In this document: piece after piece, positions 10,943-20,063 of the stretch
Numbering within the stretch: position 1 is the first letter of the stretch
Layout: every line of letters begins with the position of its first letter
Origin: Snowella sp.
Lineage (GTDB): Bacteria; Cyanobacteriota; Cyanobacteriia; Cyanobacteriales; Microcystaceae
Direction of reading: 5' to 3'
DNA length: 47,009 nt
Assembly: GCA_035285545.1 (NCBI GenBank)
Contig: JAYKGY010000097.1
Location: forward strand, 1 to 47,009
Made by a program: the position numbers and the translations under genes
Notes under the pieces: model-generated
Told to the model about the DNA's origin: nothing
Databases searched by the model: none
Seen by the model: only the letters and a program-made list of their open reading frames with translations

Positions 10943-11289
10943 AGCAATTGCGAAAAAATAGAATCGTCGAAAATCTTCTCTAAATTATATCGTTATCGTT
11001 CAATCCAGTCTTGCGATCGCTGAGTTACCGTCTTTGCTTTCATCACGATACATTGCCGATCCCAGCAATGGCTATAGGTCTTGATAAACAACTCTTAGCG
11101 TCATTCAATATTGAGTTGATTGCCGATCCGATTGCCGATCTTGTGGCTAATTGTCTAGACCCCTCTCGAATCCTATCTTGCCAATGAAAGTTTTTCCCAC
11201 TTTTTAAGTTAAAATCAAGCCAACTATCTTGGTAAAGGGTTGAGACATTCCTATTCTGAATGTGATTTGCTTTGTGATGGGCCTTTTCT

Positions 11290-12477
11290 GTGCAACTTCT
11301 CAGTAATATGCCAACAACTTCTGGACAACTTTCTCCCGCTCCCGTGTTGCTGCAACTTTTGCTGTTTATCGATGAGCGTCCCTATTCCCAGGAAAATGTT
11401 AAACAAATTCAAGCCTATATTCAGGAGTTGAAAACCGATTATCCTTTTGAGCTTCAGGTGATTGAGATTGCTGAGCAGCCCCATCTGGTCGAGTATTTCC
11501 GTTTGGTCGCTACCCCGTCTTTAGTCAAAATTTCCCCTGAACCCCGACAAACTTTAGCGGGCAGTAATATTGTTAATCAACTCAAAAAATGGTGGCCCCA
11601 CTGGGAGCAGGCGATCGCCGAACAGTTATTAGAACGCTCCAAACTAGAAGAAGCCACAACCGTGGTTACAGTTAATCCGCAGGATAAAACCTCCTCTTTT
11701 CATGATTCTGCCGAAGTAATGCGCTTAAGAGATGAAATCTTTCAACTTAAACAAGAAAAAGAATTTTTATCTGAACAGGTTAAATTCAAAGATCAAATTT
11801 TGGCCATGTTGGCCCACGATTTACGGAGTCCCCTAACGGCAGCTTCGATTGCGGTGGATACCCTAGAATTGCTCCAACATAAACCGGAAAATGAACGCAC
11901 TCCTCAATTACGAGACCACTTGTTTAAACAATCCCGTAAACAATTTCAGATCATGAATCGGTTAATTACGGATATTTTACAAGCCTCGAAAAATTTTACT
12001 TCCCAATTTGAACTCCACAGTACGCAGTTTTATTTACAAACATTAGGAGGCGAAATCCTGGATTTATACCAAGAGAAATTTGTCGCAAAGTCTTTAATTT
12101 TAGAAGTCGATATTCCTCAAAATTTACCGTCAGTTTACGGAGATGAAGAGTTAATTCAGCAAGTCTTTGCCAATTTATTAGATAATGCTATTAAATACAC
12201 GCCGCCAGGAGGAAAAATTCAGGTTTCTATCCTGCACCGTACTACCCAAAAAATTCAAGTGAGTATTGCGGATACGGGGCCAGGCATTCCCGAAGCAAAA
12301 CAAGATAGCATTTTTGAAGGGCATTTTCGTTTAACCAGGGATGAAGCAGAAGAAGGTTACGGTTTAGGTCTATCATTCTGCCGTAAAATTATACAGGCGC
12401 ATTATGGACAAATTTGGGTAAATAGTGTTCTGGGACAAGGCAGTTGTTTTCAGTTTACCTTGCCCGTTTACCGTTAA
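11290..12477 (+). CDS. sasA: Circadian output histidine kinase SasA (Hik8)
   Basis: KaiB-like N-domain (LLLFIDER...QPHLVEYFRLVATPSLVK) and AHDLRSPL H-box; start may be ATG at 11308. Confidence 0.93.
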   Translation: MQLLSNMPTTSGQLSPAPVLLQLLLFIDERPYSQENVKQIQAYIQELKTDYPFELQVIEIAEQPHLVEYFRLVATPSLVKISPEPRQTLAGSNIVNQLKKWWPHWEQAIAEQLLERSKLEEATTVVTVNPQDKTSSFHDSAEVMRLRDEIFQLKQEKEFLSEQVKFKDQILAMLAHDLRSPLTAASIAVDTLELLQHKPENERTPQLRDHLFKQSRKQFQIMNRLITDILQASKNFTSQFELHSTQFYLQTLGGEILDLYQEKFVAKSLILEVDIPQNLPSVYGDEELIQQVFANLLDNAIKYTPPGGKIQVSILHRTTQKIQVSIADTGPGIPEAKQDSIFEGHFRLTRDEAEEGYGLGLSFCRKIIQAHYGQIWVNSVLGQGSCFQFTLPVYR

Positions 12478-12531
12478 AGTGAGAGACAGTTTATTATCGA
12501 GGCATTACATTTAGGGAAGGGGGGATAGAGT

Positions 12532-13284
12532 TTGGTGAGCAACCCGCAATTAAAAAAACCCAGAAGCAGCGGCAGAGTCAGTATTATTGTGAATGCTAAG
12601 GTGAAACAGGAAGGACGACTGATTGCAGCCTCTCCCGTTACCGAGCGGATGGTCACTGCCTTGAAGAACGCGATCGCGGCCAATTCCCCCGATACGATTA
12701 TTGATGTCATTGCCGTTGCCTCTCTGTGGTCTGAAGTTGCTCAACGTCAAACCTCCATTGCGGGTCGTATCTATTGCCCGTTAACGATTCAATTACCAAA
12801 ATGGTTAACTTTTCCGGCCCAGACGGTCTATCAATCATGTCAGGATGTCTTAGCCCATCGCCTTTGGGTAGAAGAAAAGCTAAACTGCAAAACAAACCAT
12901 AATTTAAATTGGTTAGGCGATCTCTGGCTGCCGATTATTTGGACAGAAAATGGCCCGTTGTATGCCGAAGTAATTGGAGAAGGAATGATGCCCAATGCTT
13001 ACCAGCAACCGATTAAGCTCGCTGATAAGCTCTATCAATACGTACAAACATTAGCCTACAAAAATTTAGAAGCCCTAGAAGCTCCTCCCTCGGTTTATTT
13101 GCTCCAATTTAGCGTTTTATCTCAAGAAATCATCTTTGATCGGCTGTGGCCGTTTCCTGCGGCTCCCGCGATCGCCTCATTAGGAAGACAAACGCCCGAT
13201 CTGTTTGCTTGCCATTGGTATTGTCTGACGAATCAGGAAATTCCTCCTATCCCGTTAAGTCCCCACCAAAATGCGTTAAATTAG
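12532..13284 (+). CDS. Conserved cyanobacterial hypothetical protein
   Basis: 250-aa ORF with motifs IYCPLT, GPLYAEVIG, FDRLWPFPAAPAIAS; true start may be downstream. Confidence 0.75.
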   Translation: MVSNPQLKKPRSSGRVSIIVNAKVKQEGRLIAASPVTERMVTALKNAIAANSPDTIIDVIAVASLWSEVAQRQTSIAGRIYCPLTIQLPKWLTFPAQTVYQSCQDVLAHRLWVEEKLNCKTNHNLNWLGDLWLPIIWTENGPLYAEVIGEGMMPNAYQQPIKLADKLYQYVQTLAYKNLEALEAPPSVYLLQFSVLSQEIIFDRLWPFPAAPAIASLGRQTPDLFACHWYCLTNQEIPPIPLSPHQNALN

Positions 13285-13285
13285 C

Positions 13286-13303
13286 AATGTTAATAAATGT
13301 TAA
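13286..13303 (-). promoter_or_regulatory. HLR1-like direct repeat (candidate RpaB site)
   Basis: Minus strand TTAACATT-TA-TTAACATT; each half is 7/8 to KTTACAWW with 2-nt spacing; about 30 nt upstream of the 13335 gene. Confidence 0.45.
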
Positions 13304-13334
13304 ATAGGACTATCCCATCTCAGGAGACTGGATT

Positions 13335-13550
13335 ATGTTTTTAACGGAATTGCAACCTATCCTCAAAGAATTAGTCCAACAACCCATCGCTTTTACCAGT
13401 GGTTTTGTGTCGGGAATGCTGCGGCTTCAACTTACCTCTGATCCCTTAAAAAGTTGGCTCGAAAAGCAAGGTGTAACTGACTTTAGCAGTACGGATTTTA
13501 ACAACGGTAGTAGCGCGAGTCAGCGTCCCCAGTCAATTTCTATCGAATAA
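13335..13550 (+). CDS. Conserved small cyanobacterial hypothetical protein
   Basis: AGGAG SD upstream; MFLTELQP..QQPIAF..GFVSG.LRL.L..DPLKSWLEKQG..PQSISIE. Confidence 0.85.
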   Translation: MFLTELQPILKELVQQPIAFTSGFVSGMLRLQLTSDPLKSWLEKQGVTDFSSTDFNNGSSASQRPQSISIE

Positions 13551-13573
13551 TATCTGGTTACTCACCTAAGTTT

Positions 13574-14710
13574 ATGGGATTGAACCGTCGTCAGTTCTTA
13601 ATCGGTAGTGGGGCATTAGGAGGATTGAGTGCCGTTTCTTGGCTGCATTCCCTTCTTCCTCAAAAAACGGTTTTAGCTCCTGCGGTGGCTGATCCTTCTA
13701 TTTCCCTACCCATTCAACCTGAGCCTATCGCGATCGCGCCAAAGGGGTTAACGGCTCCTGGACGGGGAGATGTACGGATTGTGGTGATCAGTGATCTCAA
13801 TAGCCAGTACGGTTCAACTACCTACGATCCAGAAGTTACGCAAGCGATCGCCTTAATCCCTGATTGGCAACCCGATCTCGTTCTCTGTGGAGGGGATATG
13901 GTTGCAGGGCAGAAAACTTCATTGACCGATGCTCAAATTCAAGCCATGTGGCAAGGGTTTGATCAACAAATTGCGGCTCCCCTCCGTCGGGCTAAAATTC
14001 CCTTCGGTTTTACCATCGGCAACCATGACGGTTCAGGGGCCATTGCTCAGGGGAAAATGCGATTTCAGCGCGATCGAGATCAGGCCTCCCGTTATTGGAA
14101 CAATCCCCAGCATGATCCAGGTTTAAAATTCATTGATAAAGCAGGATTTCCCTTTAACTATACCTTTAGCCAAAAGGGAATTTTTTACCTGGTCTGGGAT
14201 GCCTCTACTGATCGGATTCCTGAGAATCAACTCGCTTGGGTCGAAAAAAGTTTAGCGAGTTCCACCGCCCAATCTGCCAAAATGCGAATCGCGATCGGCC
14301 ATCTGCCGCTTTATGCCGTTGCAGTGGGTCGCAATACATCAGGGAATGTGTTGTCTAACCCAGACCCATTACGCAATTTACTCGAAAAATATCAAGTCCA
14401 TACCTACATCAGCGGCCATCATCACGCCTACTTTCCAGGGAAACGGGGTCAACTAGAACTCTTACATACCGGCGCATTAGGAGGGGGGCCTCGCCAATTA
14501 TTGAATAGTCAACTGTCGCCCACCAAAACGCTAACTGTGATTGATGTTAATCTCAATTCCGAATCTACGCTCTATACAACCTACAATATGAAGGATTTAT
14601 CGGTGATTCAAACCAAAAGCCTCCCTCGAATTATCGTAGGGGTTAATGGTTGGGTATTACGCAGAGATCTGACCTGGGAAGAATTACCCCCCCAAGAACA
14701 AAAAATTTAA
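13574..14710 (+). CDS. Tat-exported calcineurin-like metallophosphoesterase
   Basis: NRRQFL twin-arginine signal; SDLN, GGD, GNHD, GHHH motifs. Confidence 0.92.
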   Translation: MGLNRRQFLIGSGALGGLSAVSWLHSLLPQKTVLAPAVADPSISLPIQPEPIAIAPKGLTAPGRGDVRIVVISDLNSQYGSTTYDPEVTQAIALIPDWQPDLVLCGGDMVAGQKTSLTDAQIQAMWQGFDQQIAAPLRRAKIPFGFTIGNHDGSGAIAQGKMRFQRDRDQASRYWNNPQHDPGLKFIDKAGFPFNYTFSQKGIFYLVWDASTDRIPENQLAWVEKSLASSTAQSAKMRIAIGHLPLYAVAVGRNTSGNVLSNPDPLRNLLEKYQVHTYISGHHHAYFPGKRGQLELLHTGALGGGPRQLLNSQLSPTKTLTVIDVNLNSESTLYTTYNMKDLSVIQTKSLPRIIVGVNGWVLRRDLTWEELPPQEQKI

Positions 14711-14760
14711 TTCCTCAATTATCCTGCTTTAGGATTTCAAGATCATTGCAGATAAAATCA

Positions 14761-14949
14761 TCATTCTTGTTTTATCCATCTTTCTGTTAGTAAATGCCAC
14801 CAAAAGAAAGGGAGGAAATCGATTTGACTTCTGCGGCAATCATGGCAACGAAATTTATGCAAAAAGACTAACAGCAAAGCAAGGCGAACAATAAACGGTT
14901 GGCTGTAGGATAGATGGAGATTTGGGCTATCACAATGCTTACAACGCAT
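14761..14949 (-). CDS. Small zinc-ribbon-like protein
   Basis: CKHC and CHDC pairs flanking a hydrophobic stretch; lies alone in otherwise intergenic DNA. Confidence 0.6.
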   Translation of the reverse strand: MRCKHCDSPNLHLSYSQPFIVRLALLLVFLHKFRCHDCRRSQIDFLPFFWWHLLTERWIKQE

Positions 14950-15535
14950 GGCTTTAAAGGTTTTTTAGACTTAAACATAAGCAGTAAAATATAAAGGATT
15001 CAATGAACAAAAGATGATTGGATTATGATTTTTACTTTTTAATTTAAACTTATTTTTTGTTGGCAATTAGATTACTTTAAAATACAAATTCCGTATTTTT
15101 ACTTAAACCATAAAAGAATAGATTATTAAGAATAATACTTGACTCTAATCTAATTCGTCAATCGAAATAATTGATATTAATCCTATCAAAAAGATAATTT
15201 TTTTCTATTTAAAAAACAGTTATCAATAAAAACGAGCACTTTTTAAGACTTTTTAAATTGTTTACGTTGTCTATTAATATTTTCATTCCAGTGAGAGACA
15301 AACAATGGGCTAGAGTGGAGTGTTTAACAATCTATGGCTGAAAGAAATACTATATTGGGATATATTTTGCTAACTGTTTTTATTTTTTGGAGATTTAGAT
15401 AGAATTTGATCGGTTTTATTCGATAAGATGCTATTTTTTACCGTCAGTCGGTATCAAATCCCATTATCACGTTGTACTGAACCTTTGCGATGGGAAATTA
15501 GACTAAAGTAAATATTTGTCTAAAAATTACCTATC

Positions 15536-15898
15536 ATGAGTAAAGAAATTGAAGCTCAGTTAAAATTTTTGTTGGATCGTAAAACAATGACCGGAAAAGA
15601 ATTACGCCAACTACTGTTAAATAAGTGGGGACGTTCCTATGATATCCAGCTACGACGAACCAAAGGTAAAATCTTTGTTCAAGTTATGTGGAAGTATCTA
15701 GAACAAGCCTCTTTTCCCCTGTCCGAGTCTGAATATTTAGAACATTTGAACGCGATCGCGTCCTATCTGCAAGCTTGGGGTGGTGTCGAACAAGTCGAAA
15801 AATTCCTAGAAAAAACCCGTGAACACCCGCGATTAGGAAAAGCAGTGAGTATTCCCTTAGATCTGGGAGAACGTTCATCGGAATGGATTTTAGAGTAA
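15536..15898 (+). CDS. DUF3067 family protein
   Basis: KWGRSYDIQLRR..IFVQVMWKYLEQASFPLSE..RPRLGKAVSIPL-like; probable start ATG 15587 (MTGKELR). Confidence 0.88.
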   Translation: MSKEIEAQLKFLLDRKTMTGKELRQLLLNKWGRSYDIQLRRTKGKIFVQVMWKYLEQASFPLSESEYLEHLNAIASYLQAWGGVEQVEKFLEKTREHPRLGKAVSIPLDLGERSSEWILE

Positions 15899-16023
15899 AT
15901 CCGAGAGAAATCTCTAAAACGTAAGATTGGCCAATTTTCGATTCCCCAAATATCCATTGATTATGTAATAATCAACTTTTAGTTCGTAAAGCATTCTTGT
16001 CAGCCAGGCAAAAGCGCAAAAAG

Positions 16024-16707
16024 ATGACAAAGATTCGTATTGCCCTCATTGAAGATGAAGAAATAATTTGTATTGGTTTACGACAATCCCTCAGCGCATT
16101 TCCAGAAATTACTTGGTTAGGAGAAGCCCAAACTGCTCAACAGGGATTTCAGTTATTGCAGACCCAACAACCCGATGTCGCCATTATCGATATTGGATTA
16201 CCCGATGAAAGTGGCATTGCCTTAACTAAGCGTCTAAAAGCCTCGCCGGATCATCAAAATATTAAGGTTTTAATTTTAACGTTTCATCATGGGGAACAGT
16301 CCGTATTAGCGGCTTTTGGAGCGGGGGCTGATTCCTATTGCATGAAAGATACTCGTCCCGATTTACTTTTAGAAGCGATTAAAGCGACCCAGGCAGACCA
16401 AAATTGGATTGATCCGGCGATCGCGCGGTTGGTTCTTGCCCATACTCGTTCCCAAGCACAACCAGTAGAATTTCCGCAAAGCGATGGCGCAGGCAACAAA
16501 GCCCCAGCGGTCACAACCTTAACGGATCGCGAATTAGAAGTCTTAAAATTAATCGTTAATGGCCATAGCAACGCAGAGATTGCTGAAAAGCTCTTTATTA
16601 CTATCGGAACCGTGAAAACCCATGTTCGTAATATTTTGAATAAACTCGGCACCGAAGATCGAACCCAAGCGGCGGTACAGGCAATCCGTTCTGGTTTGGT
16701 GGGCTAA
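16024..16707 (+). CDS. NarL/LuxR family response regulator
   Basis: Receiver domain (IEDE, IIDIGLPD, K) plus LTDRELEVL..TVKTHVRNIL HTH; ATG 16024 preferred over TTG 15997. Confidence 0.93.
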   Translation: MTKIRIALIEDEEIICIGLRQSLSAFPEITWLGEAQTAQQGFQLLQTQQPDVAIIDIGLPDESGIALTKRLKASPDHQNIKVLILTFHHGEQSVLAAFGAGADSYCMKDTRPDLLLEAIKATQADQNWIDPAIARLVLAHTRSQAQPVEFPQSDGAGNKAPAVTTLTDRELEVLKLIVNGHSNAEIAEKLFITIGTVKTHVRNILNKLGTEDRTQAAVQAIRSGLVG

Positions 16708-16727
16708 GTTGACAATTCAAATAATCA

Positions 16728-16834
16728 TGAAGTGGATCCCAAAAACTGGATGGAAAAAAGAAAGATGAACAACCTGAAAAAAACAGTACAGCGTCCAGCT
16801 TAAAGCCACAATTGCCTTAGAAGCGATTAGCGGA
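16728..16834 (+). mobile_element. IS3-family left-end remnant (terminal IR plus frameshifted orfA start)
   Basis: TGAAGTGGATCCCAAAAACTGGA resembles an IS3/IS150-type terminal repeat; then MNNLKK/[frameshift]QYSVQLKATIALEAISG resembles the OrfA pattern RKQYSxEFKAKVALEA. Confidence 0.7.
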
Positions 16835-16859
16835 ATTTTGGGTTTTAATTTTTGTGGTT

Positions 16860-18227
16860 TTAAAGATTATCCTGAAAATACTGCTGATAAAGGGGACAGC
16901 TTGAACTAGCTTCATCGCCCATTAAACTAATTAATCCCATGCTTTCCAATCGGTACGCGATCGCGGGTTCTAATTTTACATGAATTGGACTATTAACGAC
17001 TTTTTTCATACCTGTTACTAAATCATTAGAAGATTGTAAATTATTCCAATGATGGCGTAAATGGGCACTATAAATTCCCCCCTGAGTGGGGGCTTCTGTT
17101 AATAATTGTTCAGGAGATAATTGATCCCGACTTAATGTATTAAGAGCTAACCTAACGAGATAGGGATGACCACCCACTAATTCAATTAGATCTTTTAAAA
17201 ATGGTTGTATTTCCTGTAATTTAACTTCAGAAAATCCGTAAGTTTTAGCTAATTGATTGACTTGTTCTAAATTAAAGCCAGGTAATTTGATTTGTCTGCC
17301 CACATTAAACGGGGATTGATTGGCATCGAGTTTAATATAAACTTCAGTAGAATTAGCGATGATTAATCTGAGATTTTGCCAAATGGGTATATTATTCGCT
17401 TCTTCATGCCAAAATCGTAACATGGGCAAAAAATCTTGAGCAATATCGACATATTCAAATACTCGATCTAAGTTATCTAATCCTAAAACTAACGGCTGAT
17501 TAATTTGCTCCAATAAATGACTTTGAAAATAGGTTTTACAACTAATTAAACTTCCAAATAATTCTTCATCCCAATAATCATCTAATTGAGGTTTAATCCC
17601 TAATTCTCGACTAATATTGGCACAAAACCACCGCAGGAATTTATCTAAACTACTGAACATGGCAGCTTCGGCGGTTTGGAAATTGAGATAGACAGTTTGG
17701 AAATTAGAAGCTTTAACTTGATTGAGAATAAATTTAACTAAGGAGGTTTTACCCGTTTTTTCAGGAGATTTAATACGAATTAAAGATCCAGGTTTCGTAA
17801 TTTCTTGTAAACAATCACTTTCAACCGGCGATCGCGGAATATAGACCGTTGAATCTGACTGTGCAATGGGCTGTAAATTAACCGTTAATCCCGTATTAAC
17901 AGGCTTATTGTTGAGCTGATGCCATTCCTGATATTTAATGTCTTTTAACCATTCGCGCACAATTTGGAATTTCCCTGGCCCTTTACTGCTAGGGTCTAGT
18001 TCAGGGCAACCATTGGGCTTATCTTTGGCAAAATAACTATAAATTTGGGTCATTTGCTTTTTATAAGTTTCATGACTAGCGGCTTCAGCAAGTTCCCACA
18101 CCTCTAAATCTGATTTTCGCCAATTTTCATAGGCAAACCGCACTAAAAAAACTTCTTTCAGTTTTCCATGTAAGTCATAATCATGTGTGATTTCTTGAAG
18201 AAATTGATCCCAGCCTTGCGGTTTCAT
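16860..18227 (-). CDS. AAA-like (AAA_35) domain protein with uncharacterised ~110-aa N-terminal domain
   Basis: PGSLIRIKSPEKTGKTS, SLDKFLRWFC, NQSPFNVG, GGHPYLVRLAL, AYRLESMGLI. Confidence 0.88.
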   Translation of the reverse strand: MKPQGWDQFLQEITHDYDLHGKLKEVFLVRFAYENWRKSDLEVWELAEAASHETYKKQMTQIYSYFAKDKPNGCPELDPSSKGPGKFQIVREWLKDIKYQEWHQLNNKPVNTGLTVNLQPIAQSDSTVYIPRSPVESDCLQEITKPGSLIRIKSPEKTGKTSLVKFILNQVKASNFQTVYLNFQTAEAAMFSSLDKFLRWFCANISRELGIKPQLDDYWDEELFGSLISCKTYFQSHLLEQINQPLVLGLDNLDRVFEYVDIAQDFLPMLRFWHEEANNIPIWQNLRLIIANSTEVYIKLDANQSPFNVGRQIKLPGFNLEQVNQLAKTYGFSEVKLQEIQPFLKDLIELVGGHPYLVRLALNTLSRDQLSPEQLLTEAPTQGGIYSAHLRHHWNNLQSSNDLVTGMKKVVNSPIHVKLEPAIAYRLESMGLISLMGDEASSSCPLYQQYFQDNL

Positions 18228-18296
18228 TGCAATCCTAATTTAATTAAGTTTTAAATTAATTGAATTAATATATTTTTATTGATTTTTCAAATTTAC

Positions 18297-18620
18297 TTAG
18301 CTTTTTTTGATGGCCGCCTCAATATCTTTTAAACTAACGTCAGATTGCTCTGATTTTGCATAGATCAACAAAAATAAGATAGATTCAGAAGAGATTAACT
18401 GATAAATTATACGATAACCGCCACTCTTACCAACTGGAATATCACTATTTCTAGCGCGAACTTTAAAAAGGCTCAAGTTAGTATTAGGTATTTGGTTTCC
18501 GATAATATTTCCACAGCGTAATTGTTCAATAATTGGTTGAATATCGGACTGAATCTTTCGATAGCGTTTTGATAAGGCTTTAAGACGACGCAGAAAAGTA
18601 GCAGTAAAACGAACTTCCAT
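18297..18620 (-). CDS. RelE/ParE (HigB-like) toxin
   Basis: FKVRARNSDIPVGKSGGYRIIY, LLIYAKSEQ. Confidence 0.9.
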   Translation of the reverse strand: MEVRFTATFLRRLKALSKRYRKIQSDIQPIIEQLRCGNIIGNQIPNTNLSLFKVRARNSDIPVGKSGGYRIIYQLISSESILFLLIYAKSEQSDVSLKDIEAAIKKS

Positions 18621-18875
18621 TTAAGTAATATTTTCCCAAAGTTGAGAGATAGGAAACGTTTCGCCTGCGGCCGCTTGCTTTAAAGACTCCTTGAGATCCG
18701 CTAAAATTTGCGCCTTGGGTTCATATTCATCAATCCAAGCCAATCCGCTTTCGCTATCAATCTGCATGGAACTGATTAACTGTTGCCAAATTTCGATAGG
18801 AACAAGAACTTCCGTTGTTTTCCCACCTGCATCAGTGACATAACGAACCAGCGTTTCAATGTTTGCACTCATCAT
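18621..18875 (-). CDS. Putative antitoxin
   Basis: YVTDAGGKTTEVLVPIEIW..GETFPISQLWE; its stop abuts the toxin ATG (TAAATG). Confidence 0.8.
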   Translation of the reverse strand: MMSANIETLVRYVTDAGGKTTEVLVPIEIWQQLISSMQIDSESGLAWIDEYEPKAQILADLKESLKQAAAGETFPISQLWENIT

Positions 18876-19011
18876 GACTTTAAACCTTTTGCTTTGGTTT
18901 TATTTTAGACGATATCTATTGACGGCATAAAAGCGATCGCGGTTAAGCCCTATTTTCCACTTTTTTCCCTTTTCTTCGATCTTAAGGGAATATCTCTTAC
19001 TCGCAATGGGA

Positions 19012-19040
19012 CTGACATCCTGTGACGACCATTTTATGCT
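19012..19040 (+). promoter_or_regulatory. Candidate sigma70 promoter for the micropeptide gene
   Basis: CTGACA-N17-TATGCT. Confidence 0.5.
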
Positions 19041-19105
19041 GAAAGTAGAGGAGAAAAATTCCTCGAACTTCCTTGGTGTGTCAGGATGTGATAAGGAGAT
19101 GACCT

Positions 19106-19258
19106 ATGAAACGTAACCTAGTCACGAGTCTCGCGATCGCGTTGTTAGTGATAGTAGGAGTCGAAACCGTAGCAACCGCCTATGCTACTCCGACCGATTC
19201 CCAAACCATCTACAACGGAAAATGTCCTAAAGACAAAGACGACGATTGTAAGGACTAA
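19106..19258 (+). CDS. 50-aa secreted micropeptide (not in ORF track)
   Basis: AAGGAG SD at 19093-19098; MKRNLVTSLAIALLVIVGVETVATAYA|TPTDSQTIYNGKCPKDKDDDCKD; Sec-type signal with AYA cleavage motif. Confidence 0.75.
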   Translation: MKRNLVTSLAIALLVIVGVETVATAYATPTDSQTIYNGKCPKDKDDDCKD

Positions 19259-19432
19259 TTCTAAACATCAGTTATCAGTAGATTTTTGGGATCGGCTGGT
19301 AACTGTTGCTTGGAGGACACTGAGATGGCTAGTAACGCCCTTGTTGCTGGTCATCTCCTTAATTTTATTCTAGGGCGTGACCCCAAGGACAGAGCCGTTT
19401 TAGCCAGGGCATTGAGAAAATTGAAAGAGAGC

Positions 19433-19867
19433 CTACGCGATCGGTTGTTGAAATAGCTCGAAAACTTGACGGCAAAAATAGCGCAATTTATCTCCCACAT
19501 CCGCCGCCGGTTGATAATTACCGACAACTTGCCAATGCTCGACCGTCGAAAGTCGCCAGGCTTGCCCCTGATGGTTAATTCCTACGGTTTCAACCCCAAT
19601 CAAACGCTGAGAGGCATCAATGGGATCGGGATGAAAGCGAATCTGAACGAGAATACTGCGGCTTTGGAAACGAGGACTCCAACCCGGTAGATGAAAACCA
19701 ATATCAATTGAGTGGGGATCGACTAACTCGCGGGTATTTCGATCATTGAGCCAAGGTTTTAAATCTGCCTTTGCATCGGGAAATTGTGATTTAAACAAAT
19801 TGACAATCGCGGCAATTTTGCTGGCCGTTTCTAATCCTTTTGCTTGTTCGGCGGCGTTCATGTTCAA
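19433..19867 (-). CDS. Conserved cyanobacterial hypothetical protein
   Basis: MNAAEQA..ASKIAAIVNLFK..DLKPW..DPHSIDIGFHLPGWS..SRSILVQIRF; AGGAG SD; probable start ATG at 19861. Confidence 0.85.
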   Translation of the reverse strand: MNMNAAEQAKGLETASKIAAIVNLFKSQFPDAKADLKPWLNDRNTRELVDPHSIDIGFHLPGWSPRFQSRSILVQIRFHPDPIDASQRLIGVETVGINHQGQAWRLSTVEHWQVVGNYQPAADVGDKLRYFCRQVFELFQQPIA

Positions 19868-20063
19868 TCTCCTATGGCTTGGGGGTTGAAGAACGGTTGA
19901 TTTAGTAGCTTACCTCAACTTCTCTCCATTTCGCTGAACTCAACGAGCCGAGAGCCTAGCTGATACAGCGGTTATACCGTATTACAACCTAAGATGGGTA
20001 AAAGATGCTGTATTCTAAGACAGAATTTAAAATTTTATTGGTAAATAAGGATAACAAAAGTTC

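Noticed and set aside
11068..11187. 39-aa ORF MAIGLDKQLL... upstream of sasA
   Set aside because: No SD and no recognisable features; cannot be supported without expression data.
19182..19373. 63-aa ORF from the track
   Set aside because: It overlaps the SD-equipped micropeptide out of frame, runs through the 3' hairpins and has no RBS.
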